A DNA stretch of 32,599 bases from Chthonomonadaceae bacterium. Its GTDB lineage: Bacteria; Armatimonadota; Chthonomonadetes; Chthonomonadales; Chthonomonadaceae. The stretch is taken from contig DASRGZ010000042.1 of assembly GCA_035650735.1 (NCBI GenBank), forward strand, positions 1-32,599. The letters run 5' to 3'. Every line of letters starts with the position of its first letter. Position 1 is the stretch's first letter. The translations under genes and the position numbers were made by a program. Shown piece by piece: positions 21,059 to 28,239 of this stretch. The notes under the pieces are model-generated. The model was not told the origin of the DNA. It did not search any database and worked only from the letters and a program-made list of their open reading frames with translations.

Positions 21059-21827
21059 ACTCCTCCTGCCGCACGCGCGCGATGCCTTCCTTCAGGGCAC
21101 AGGAGATCTGGTGCGCGATGCGGGCGACATCCACATCCTCAATAAAGCGCGGTCGGGATAATTGAATCGGAAACTCCGCCTGCACGCGACCGGGCCGCGC
21201 CGAGAGCAAGACGACCCGATCCGCCAGGCAGACGGCCTCCCGGACGTTATGCGTCACGAACACGATGGTCTTGCCGGTGCGCTGCCAGATCTCCTGCAGC
21301 ACCACATAGAGGTCTTCCCGCGTCTGCGCGTCCAGCGCGGAGAACGGCTCGTCCATGAGGAGGACTTCCGGTTCCAGCGCCAGCGCGCGGGCGATGGCGA
21401 CCCGCTGCCGCATGCCGCCGGAAAGCTCGTGCAGGTAGTTCTCGCGGAAGCGGGAGAGATGCACCAGATGCAGATAGTATGCGGCCCGTTCCGCCCGCTC
21501 CCTGGCGGATAGCCCCATCTGCTTGAGCGGGAATTCGACGTTTTTCTGCGCGGTCAGCCAGGGAAACAGTGCCCCGTCCTGGAACACCACGCTCCGGTCG
21601 CGTCCCGGCTTCCAGACCGGGCGGCCATCTTCCCGCACCTCGCCCGCATCCGCCGGGTCCAGGCCCGCGATGATGTTGAGCAGCGTGGATTTGCCGCACC
21701 CGGAGGGGCCGATCAAGACCAGGAACTCGCCCTCCTGCACCTCCAGGCAGATATTCTCCAGCGCGCAGACCGTGCCGTTGCGCCCCTGGAACCGCTTGCT
21801 CACGCCGCATATCGCCAGTTTAGCCAC
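20985..21827 (-). CDS. ssuB: ABC transporter ATPase, SsuB/TauB/NitT family
   Basis: Walker A GPSGCGKST, LSGGMRQR, LLMDEPFSALD, FVTHN. Confidence 0.88.
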   Translation of the reverse strand: MAKLAICGVSKRFQGRNGTVCALENICLEVQEGEFLVLIGPSGCGKSTLLNIIAGLDPADAGEVREDGRPVWKPGRDRSVVFQDGALFPWLTAQKNVEFPLKQMGLSARERAERAAYYLHLVHLSRFRENYLHELSGGMRQRVAIARALALEPEVLLMDEPFSALDAQTREDLYVVLQEIWQRTGKTIVFVTHNVREAVCLADRVVLLSARPGRVQAEFPIQLSRPRFIEDVDVARIAHQISCALKEGIARVRQEEYDEDWQPAEAGVFRAAGGVMGDSI

Positions 21828-21837
21828 TCTCTAGCTC

Positions 21838-22896
21838 CTATCGCGCCGCCGCAGAAGCGCTGCGCTGAACGCTCTCCAGCGGTCCCGTATCCAGCAGCTC
21901 GGCCACACGGACGGCCCTCGGCGGAAGATAGCCGGCGTCCGCTGCCGCCGCAATAAACGCCTCGATATTGGCGCGGTTGGGGTCGGCGCTGAAGGCGACG
22001 CGGCCCCATGCCTCACTCAGCACCTCGTTCTTGAGCGGTTTGCCGGTAAGCCGCTTCAGCTCCGCATTGACCGCCGCCTGCCCCTCTGCGGGATGTTGAC
22101 TCAGCCAGGCGACGGCCTGCAGGTGCGCCTGGAGGAACGCCTGCACCTGTTCGGGATGCTGCTCCAGATAGGCTTTGCGCACGATCACCACCGTCGTCGT
22201 GAACCGCTTCTCCGGCCAGAGGTCGCGCTCATCCACGACCAACTGCGCGCCGCCCTCGTGCAGCAGGCGAGTCGTCCAGGGTTCCGGAACCCAGGCCGCG
22301 TCCAATTGCCCCTTACGAAAGAGCGTCAGAATGTCGGGGTTCTTGATGGGAAGGATCTGGACGCTGCCACCTTTCTCCTGCGGCTGCAACCCCTCCGCCG
22401 CCAGGAAATGGCGCAGCGAGATATCCTGCGTTCCTCCCAACTGCGGCACGGCCACGCGCTTGCCCGCCAGATCGCGAATGCTGCCGATATGCGCGTCCGG
22501 TCGAGCTACCAGCGCCGCGCCGCCCTCGCAGGCGCCCGCCAGTATCTTGAGCGCGCGTCCCTTTGACTTCAGAAAGGTATTGATGGCCGGGCCGGGACCG
22601 ACGTAGCCGATATCTATCGCGCCCGCCAGCAGCGCCTCCATCTCCTCCGGTCCGGCGTTAAAGACCTTCGCTTCCACAGCGACTTTCCTGCCCAATGCCT
22701 TTTGGAAGGCCCCGCGCGCTATCCCGACCATCGCTGGCGCGTGCGTTACGTTGGGGAAATAGCCCAACCGCACGCTCTCTGACGCCGTCGGCTGGCTCGT
22801 AGGTGGCCCGCCACCGTAGAGAACCGCCAGTCCAATCAATACCGTCATTGCCATCGCCGGAGGCGCGTTTCGCGCCCAGAGGGATACGCTTCCCAT
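21838..22896 (-). CDS. ssuA: Aliphatic-sulfonate-type ABC substrate-binding protein
   Basis: RLGYFPNVTHAPA, FNAGP, IDIGYVGPGPAIN, PQLGGTQD, DAAWVPEPW; ATG 22896 with gaggag RBS. Confidence 0.85.
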   Translation of the reverse strand: MGSVSLWARNAPPAMAMTVLIGLAVLYGGGPPTSQPTASESVRLGYFPNVTHAPAMVGIARGAFQKALGRKVAVEAKVFNAGPEEMEALLAGAIDIGYVGPGPAINTFLKSKGRALKILAGACEGGAALVARPDAHIGSIRDLAGKRVAVPQLGGTQDISLRHFLAAEGLQPQEKGGSVQILPIKNPDILTLFRKGQLDAAWVPEPWTTRLLHEGGAQLVVDERDLWPEKRFTTTVVIVRKAYLEQHPEQVQAFLQAHLQAVAWLSQHPAEGQAAVNAELKRLTGKPLKNEVLSEAWGRVAFSADPNRANIEAFIAAAADAGYLPPRAVRVAELLDTGPLESVQRSASAAAR

Positions 22897-22936
22897 AGTC
22901 TCCTCGCTTCCAGGCTCGCCAGATGTAGCGTTTGAT

Positions 22937-23245
22937 CTGCAACGCAAAAGGCCAGGAAATGCCTGCTGTATTGCCTTCAGAACCCTCAGAAACCTAGTAA
23001 TCCATCCAGGTAGAACGCTGGCATAGCCTTGAGATAGAGGTAGACACTCCCAGCCGTGTGGATCAATCTCACGCAGCCTGCTGCTGAGGAGATACGTCCA
23101 CACCGTTGGGAGCGATTACCGAGATAGACGGAATGCTAGGCTTATCTCATGACCCATACAAACTTTCTACCTTGAAGGAGTACTAGAAACCTTAGCACCT
23201 TAAATCTACTGCAACGCAAAAGGCCAGGAAATGCCTGCTGTATTG
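22937..23245. repeat. Exact 37-bp direct repeat flanking a 235-bp insert
   Basis: ctgcaacgcaaaaggccaggaaatgcctgctgtattg at 22937-22973 and 23209-23245. Confidence 0.92.
22994..23186. mobile_element. CTAG-bounded rod-like palindromic element (MITE-like)
   Basis: Ends ctagtaatccatccaggtagaa and ttctaccttgaaggagtactag match 19/22 as inverted repeats; pairing continues inward to a gcagc-ct-gctgc tip. Confidence 0.7.
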
Positions 23246-23260
23246 GGCATCTCCTGGCCT
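23213..23260 (-). terminator. Intrinsic terminator/attenuator between yezD and ssuA
   Basis: Minus strand AGGCCAGGAGATGCC-(10-nt loop)-GGCATTTCCTGGCCT, then TTTGCGTT. Confidence 0.7.
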
Positions 23261-23296
23261 CCAGTCGTCTGGTCAGCCGTGCCGGATGTTCCGCGC

Positions 23297-23470
23297 TCAT
23301 ATGAGCCGTATTTTTTCGGTCTTATCAATTTGAATCACGCGCCCATCCTGAATGATCAACTGCACGATGCCATACCGGATGCTTTCTACGGCCTCTTGAA
23401 TGGCCTCGGCAGGAAACGCGGGCAGTGGAGGCTTGGGTGGGCGAACCGGCGGCGGGGTCTTTTCGCTCAT
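23297..23470 (-). CDS. YezD/DUF2292 (OscA-like) small sulfur-starvation protein, 57 aa
   Basis: MSEKTPPPVRPPKPPLPAFPAEAIQEAVESIRYGIVQLIIQDGRVIQIDKTEKIRLI*; gaggag RBS; starts 10 bp after the Rrf2 stop; below the ORF-track size cutoff. Confidence 0.9.
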   Translation of the reverse strand: MSEKTPPPVRPPKPPLPAFPAEAIQEAVESIRYGIVQLIIQDGRVIQIDKTEKIRLI

Positions 23471-23480
23471 GACGTGCTCC

Positions 23481-23939
23481 TCAGATCACATAGTCCAGCA
23501 CTTCGCTCTGCTGTTCCCGCAGGCGCAGATGCCGGTCGCGGATGTCGGCGAAGGTCGTGCTATCCAGTACGGCCGCCAGGGCATCGCGCGCCTCCTTCCA
23601 GGCCGCACGCAGCCCGCAGACAGCTGGGTCGGGGCAGCCGCACTCCATATAACCCGATACACTCACACAGCTAATCGGCGCCAGCGGGCCATCCATCGCG
23701 CGCACGACTGCCCCCAGCGTGATCGTTTCCGGTGGCTTGGCCAGCGAATAACCGCCTCCAGGCCCCTTGCGACTCTGGACGAAACCGAACCGCTTGAGCG
23801 CAAGCAGAATCTGCTCCAGAAATTTAACGGGAATCACCTGCCGTTCCGCAATATCCTGGATCTGAATCGGCCCCTGCTCGTAATGCAGGGTCAAATCCAG
23901 CAGGGCACGGGTGGCATATTTTCCTCGGTTCGACAGCAT
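23481..23939 (-). CDS. Rrf2-family transcriptional regulator (CymR/IscR-like)
   Basis: RGKYATRALLDL, FLEQIL, SRKGPGGGYSLA, DGPLAPISC; C-terminal Cys cluster; ends in DYVI. Confidence 0.95.
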   Translation of the reverse strand: MLSNRGKYATRALLDLTLHYEQGPIQIQDIAERQVIPVKFLEQILLALKRFGFVQSRKGPGGGYSLAKPPETITLGAVVRAMDGPLAPISCVSVSGYMECGCPDPAVCGLRAAWKEARDALAAVLDSTTFADIRDRHLRLREQQSEVLDYVI

Positions 23940-23953
23940 AGTCGTAAACCATT

Positions 23954-23980
23954 ATTAGTCTATCGGAAAAGTAGGGTAAT
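23954..23980. promoter_or_regulatory. Candidate Rrf2 autoregulatory operator
   Basis: Imperfect 27-bp palindrome ATTAgtCTAtcggaaaagTAGggTAAT abutting the -10 box and covering the expected transcription start. Confidence 0.6.
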
Positions 23981-24008
23981 TCTAGCATAGCTCATCCGTC
24001 CCTGTCAA
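23979..24008 (-). promoter_or_regulatory. Sigma70-type promoter of the rrf2-yezD-ssu unit
   Basis: TTGACA-N18-TAGAAT with a TGn extended -10. Confidence 0.7.
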
Positions 24009-24227
24009 TAGGCTGGCAGAAAAAATTAGTGACAGGGGACCGAATTTTGGAAATGGTAGTGGGTTGGTGTTTTGCGGCAGCGCCGCACTGCGCGGCTCCA
24101 GGCCAGGCTGCCTGTGCCAGAGCGCAGAACTGGCCGATAATGGGAAGTATTCTCGGCGTGGGCCACAGGGAGACGGCTGGCGAGGATGGGGCACGACACA
24201 GGAACGGCGGGCCAGAGAGGGAAACGG

Positions 24228-24746
24228 ATGAACCTGGGAATGGCAGCGGGCACCGGAGCGGATAAGAGGCCGACGAGCGCCGGCAAAGAGTTTGCCCGGC
24301 GCTTCCATAATCTGCTATATGAGTTGCGCCTGCAGGTCGGAATCCAGCAGCGCATTGAACGCATACTCAATGAGTTCGCGGAGGTACATCCCAACCTGCG
24401 CGGCTCCTACCTATCCCGTTCGGTGGATGAGAGCTATTTCAGCGACGGCTCCTGCGGATGGGAGGCGGCAGCGCGCCCGAAATTGCAGGGCCTGGCTATT
24501 GAGGGCGACAAGCTTTTTGAGTTCCTGGCCTTCGCGCACGGCATCCGTATCCACACCACGCCGCTGGAGACGATCATGAATGTCGAGGAGATCTGGCTGG
24601 AGACGGCGCCGGAACAGCCCTTCCTGCTGCGCGTCTGCCTGTATCACAGCTTCCCGGCGACCACCATTCTCTATGCCCCGGACGGGGAAAGCCAGGAAGC
24701 GGCGCTGGCCTTCCTGGAACGCCTGAAATACTTACGAGGATTTTAG
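24228..24746 (+). CDS. Hypothetical protein (172 aa)
   Basis: Coding-like codon usage; ATG 24228 after gagggaa; no family recognised. Confidence 0.75.
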   Translation: MNLGMAAGTGADKRPTSAGKEFARRFHNLLYELRLQVGIQQRIERILNEFAEVHPNLRGSYLSRSVDESYFSDGSCGWEAAARPKLQGLAIEGDKLFEFLAFAHGIRIHTTPLETIMNVEEIWLETAPEQPFLLRVCLYHSFPATTILYAPDGESQEAALAFLERLKYLRGF

Positions 24747-24748
24747 CG

Positions 24749-25081
24749 ATGCCCAGGCCGCATTTCCCAGCGCGTGGAGGACCCTTCTCGCCTGCCTGGG
24801 CGCACGACCCACAGACGGACGCGCCCCGCTCTGCCTCCAGGAACGGCTCCCCGCATTCCGAGGCTGAGGAGCCGAAGAGCGCAAGCTACCAGGCTTTGGA
24901 AGCCGAGATCCAGCGGCTCCGTCAGGAACTGGCGCGCGTTCAAAGTCGCAGCCGTCTCACAGGTGAGGGGACAGGCGCAGCGCCGCGAGGTCCAACTGCG
25001 CCCGCGATGCTCTGGGTCGCGCTGGCCGTCTCCGGTGCCGGGCTGCTGTTTGCGTTGCTGGCTATTCTCTATCATGGCTGA
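24749..25081 (+). CDS. Hypothetical membrane-anchored protein with a short coiled coil
   Basis: Starts 2 bp after the previous stop; YQALEAEIQRLRQELARVQ coil and a C-terminal hydrophobic helix. Confidence 0.6.
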   Translation: MPRPHFPARGGPFSPAWAHDPQTDAPRSASRNGSPHSEAEEPKSASYQALEAEIQRLRQELARVQSRSRLTGEGTGAAPRGPTAPAMLWVALAVSGAGLLFALLAILYHG

Positions 25082-25174
25082 GACGGGCCATAAAATAGCC
25101 GCCGGGCACGAGGAAAACGTCGTAGCCCTGCGGCAAGGCGCAGAAAAATAGAAGAATTGCGAGCCTGAAGCGCA

Positions 25175-25267
25175 CGGTTCACCCCCACCTGCGTGGGGAA
25201 TACTTATGTCCCTATTGACAAGGGAATGGGGAACCGACGGGTTCACCCCCACATGTGTGGGGAATAC
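25175..25267 (-). CRISPR. Orphan mini-array: two 29-bp type I-E-like repeats and one 35-bp spacer
   Basis: cggttcacccccacctgcgtggggaatac (25175-25203) and gggttcacccccacatgtgtggggaatac (25239-25267), 26/29 identical with the CCCCAC/GTGGGG stem kept; minus strand GTATTCCCC...GGGGGTGAACCG is the canonical I-E orientation. Confidence 0.8.
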
Positions 25268-25297
25268 TTCCGACTCGGCAGCTTAAGGACAGAGTGT

Positions 25298-25501
25298 CTA
25301 ATTGGTGACGGCTACGTTGGCTGCCTGGCGTCCCTTCGGGGTTTCGATGGACTCATAGTTGACCACCTGGCCCTCGCGCAGGGACTTGAAGCCGTTCATC
25401 AGGATGGCGGAGTAATGCACAAACACATCCACGCCGTCCTCGGCCTCAATGAAGCCATAGCCTTTGGCGTCATTGAACCATTTCACTTTTCCTGTTGCCA
25501 T
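25298..25501 (-). CDS. Cold-shock domain protein (CspA family), 67 aa
   Basis: [15 protein letters not shown] (RNP1), DVFVHYSAI (RNP2), QAANV; aggag RBS. Confidence 0.97.
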   Translation of the reverse strand: MATGKVKWFNDAKGYGFIEAEDGVDVFVHYSAILMNGFKSLREGQVVNYESIETPKGRQAANVAVTN

Positions 25502-25859
25502 GTTCACTGCTCCTTTGCCTGCTCTCCCCATGTTAGGGAAGACACACTACTCCGCAAACGCTGTTGCGAAGGGGAAACGGATACGCCCCGGTGGCTACGG
25601 ACGCGGATAAGGGGGAGTACGCCATCGCCAGGGGGGTATAGGGATAATCACACGAACTACCAGTTGCAATAACTGTGCCAGAAATTCAAGTTGATAGCGC
25701 AAAGAATTGTAAATTCCCAAATTTTCTTTCCGGGCTCACGAGGGCTTATTCTGCCTACATGCAGGCTGTCAGTTACCGTCAATTCCCTCGTTCTTTCTGC
25801 CTTTCAGACGGACGGAGCCGCGAACCTACCGGCCTGACGCGGGAGAAATCTATAAGCGC

Positions 25860-25888
25860 TTGCAATTCATGGTAGGATCCAGTATAAT
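25860..25888 (+). promoter_or_regulatory. Sigma70 promoter upstream of the IscA-like gene
   Basis: TTGCAA-N17-TATAAT. Confidence 0.7.
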
Positions 25889-26105
25889 TTAGCACAGTGA
25901 AAAGAAGGCGATCTGTTTTTGGCATGCCGCCTCTTCGCATGCCGTGCAGGCGCCTGGAAAGTTCTCGACCAGGCCAGGTCTGCGTTGGCGAGAAGTCTTC
26001 CGGGCGGCAACCGCTTTTTGAGCGCCTTTCCCGCGCTCATCGGCGCTAACGCGAAGTGAACAGCGCTATCCAAGAGAAGAGATCATCAAAGGAGCGTACC
26101 AAAAC

Positions 26106-26498
26106 ATGTCTACTATTGATATCGCGCAGAACAACGGCGTCATTCTTAGCGAGCGCGCTGCCGAGGAGATCCGGGGTCTGATGGAGCGACAGGGCAAGGC
26201 GGATGCCGCGCTGCGCGTCTTCGTTGCCGGCGGCGGCTGCTCTGGCCTCAACTATGGCATGGCGATTGATGATACTGTGGAAGAGGGCGATTTCATCTTC
26301 GATTGCCATGGGGTCAAGGTCGTCGTGGACCCGCTGAGCATCAACTATATCAGGGGCTCTTCGGTGGATTACGTTGAGGACATCATGGGCGGCGGCTTTA
26401 AGATTGATAATCCTAACGCGGTTCGCACCTGCGGCTGCGGCAGCTCGTTCTCGACGGAGGAGGGGCCGGAGGCTGAGGAGGGTGGCTGCTGCCACTAA
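26106..26498 (+). CDS. A-type Fe-S carrier (IscA/ErpA/HesB family)
   Basis: LRVFVAGGGCSG and NPNAVRTCGCGSSF; aggag RBS. Confidence 0.96.
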   Translation: MSTIDIAQNNGVILSERAAEEIRGLMERQGKADAALRVFVAGGGCSGLNYGMAIDDTVEEGDFIFDCHGVKVVVDPLSINYIRGSSVDYVEDIMGGGFKIDNPNAVRTCGCGSSFSTEEGPEAEEGGCCH

Positions 26499-26522
26499 GC
26501 CGGGCACAGCCAGGACAGCAAT

Positions 26523-26564
26523 AAAAAAGCAGCGCGGAAGCGGATTGCCTCCACGCTGCTTTTT
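26523..26564. terminator. Bidirectional intrinsic terminator between convergent genes
   Basis: aaaaaagcagcgcgga...tccacgctgcttttt. Confidence 0.85.
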
Positions 26565-26586
26565 GCTTTGCTATACGGTCCTATTT

Positions 26587-28239
26587 CTACTTGGAAAGAG
26601 ATACGGTGGCTCCGAGCCGGGTTATCCGGCTTCGTCCGATTTGCCGATGGGCTGCCGGAGGCGCGTAGCCTGTCTGGGGACGCAACTGCTTGAGGGGCAT
26701 CCGGTCAATGAGGGCAGGGTCGGGCTTGAGCTCTACCCGAAGCATCAGGTGCAGGAAGGCGCCGCCGCGCTGCACTTCCAGACGCAGCGTTTGCCCGGCG
26801 TGCGTGTTGCCGGCCATCTGGCGCAGTTGGCCCGCCTCCTGAATCGGGCTGCCATCCACCGCCAGGACGATATCGCCCGGCAGCAGGCCCGCCCGGTCGG
26901 CAGGGCCACCTTCATAGACGGCTTCGATGAGCGCGCCTTTCAGCGGCGCCTTGCTATCCAACTCCCCGATCTGCACCCCTAGCCAGCCGTTGGGCGTGGG
27001 CAGTTTCTCCCCTTTGATCAGCGCCGTTGTGGTGTGCTGTAACTCGTTGGAGGGCAGGGCAAACCCCGTATTCGCGATGGTGTTGAACAGGAAGACCCGG
27101 TGCCTCGGAAAGGCGCGGGCCGCGCGATTCCCGCTGGCGTCGCCCTGCGGCACGCCTGCCTTCTGGGCCGCGTCCGCCTGCTCCTTAGACCATGACCCTG
27201 CTTTGCGCTCGGTATCCTCTGCCGATGCAGCCGACACGCGGTATTCCTGCCGGTTCTGGGCCACGCCCCGGTAATGGTCGCTCTCGGCGCCGGGCTGCCA
27301 GGCCCGCGGGAGAACGCCTCCGGCGGGCATCGCGACGATCATGCCGATGACCTCGCCGCGCGCATTGAAAACCGGCCCGCCGCTGCTGCCCATGCCGACC
27401 GCTCCCTGAAATTGCAGCAGATGTTGATAGCGACGCGCGCCGGACTGTCCGCTGCGGTTTACGCCCGCGATCAGGCCCAGGGAGACCGAGTTCGGGAAGC
27501 CGGCCTGATTGCCGATGGTGATGGCAAAACAGCCGGGCTGCACCTGATCGGAGTCGCCCCAGCGCAGGCCCAGCGTCGGCGGCGCGCCGACGACCTTGAG
27601 CACGGCGATATTGGCAAAGGCGTTCGCGTTGACCGATTCCACCTTGAGCCGCTGTCCATTGGTCAGAACTACCGTCGGCTCGCGCATGCCCTCGGTGACT
27701 TCCGCCGTGGTCACGACGTAGCCGCCTTGCAGCAGGAAGCCGGTGCCGGTGGTCGCGGGGCCGAGCAGCATGCGCAGCGTATCCCCGGATTTTTTGAGGG
27801 CTTTGCTCTGGGCCTCCTGCGCCTCGCGCAGCGCCTTTTCGTATTCGGTGCGCTTTTCGGGCGCCAGCTTCTCCAGGGCGTTCGGATCGGCAACCCGCAA
27901 ATCAAAATTCACGTTCGGGGCCGGAAAAGCGACGACGAGCGGGCGGCCCTCGATGGTGACGACCGATGGGCTGACCTCCTGCACAATGGCGATGACGGCC
28001 CCCTCTATCTGCTCCAGGATGTTGCCGCTGGCGGCGCGGGGCCGGGATACCTGCGCTGCCGGCGGCCTCTCCGGGGGAGCGGTTTGCGCCGGGAGCGCGC
28101 ACGGGGCGAGCAGGCAGAAGAAGCTGGCCAGGAGTAGGCTCGGCACTTTGAGCCTATTACCTGATGGGCGCGGCGCACTCCACACGGAGGCCGCGCCCGA
28201 TTTCTGTATTGCTGGCATCATATCAATAAGGGGAGTCAT
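26587..28239 (-). CDS. HtrA/DegP-like trypsin-fold + PDZ protein, probably catalytically inactive
   Basis: Signal-peptide-like segment, SPSVVTI, GTGF, GDSDQV, GSSGGPV, GEVIGM, PDZ GWLGV...GPADRAGL.PGD; TTAEV and NIAVLK occupy the usual TNAHV and DLAVLK sites. Start may be 28221/28218. Confidence 0.85.
   Translation of the reverse strand: MTPLIDMMPAIQKSGAASVWSAPRPSGNRLKVPSLLLASFFCLLAPCALPAQTAPPERPPAAQVSRPRAASGNILEQIEGAVIAIVQEVSPSVVTIEGRPLVVAFPAPNVNFDLRVADPNALEKLAPEKRTEYEKALREAQEAQSKALKKSGDTLRMLLGPATTGTGFLLQGGYVVTTAEVTEGMREPTVVLTNGQRLKVESVNANAFANIAVLKVVGAPPTLGLRWGDSDQVQPGCFAITIGNQAGFPNSVSLGLIAGVNRSGQSGARRYQHLLQFQGAVGMGSSGGPVFNARGEVIGMIVAMPAGGVLPRAWQPGAESDHYRGVAQNRQEYRVSAASAEDTERKAGSWSKEQADAAQKAGVPQGDASGNRAARAFPRHRVFLFNTIANTGFALPSNELQHTTTALIKGEKLPTPNGWLGVQIGELDSKAPLKGALIEAVYEGGPADRAGLLPGDIVLAVDGSPIQEAGQLRQMAGNTHAGQTLRLEVQRGGAFLHLMLRVELKPDPALIDRMPLKQLRPQTGYAPPAAHRQIGRSRITRLGATVSLSK

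Noticed and set aside
22897..23103. N-terminal extension of ssuA in the ORF track
   Set aside because: Runs through the inserted palindrome; a good RBS precedes ATG 22896.
22994..23186. Retron msr-msd interpretation of the long hairpin
   Set aside because: No adjacent reverse transcriptase; CTAG-bounded TIRs fit a MITE better.
23231..23990. Plus-strand ORFs 23231-23674 and 23400-23990
   Set aside because: Antisense shadows of rrf2 and yezD.
24743..25672. ORFs 24743-25252 (-) and 25193-25672 (+)
   Set aside because: They start within CRISPR repeats and are antisense to better-supported genes.
25800..25850. c-di-GMP-I-like fragment (gccgcgaacctaccggcctga)
   Set aside because: Lacks the GCAAA and GNRA-capped P2 elements and lies upstream of the predicted promoter.
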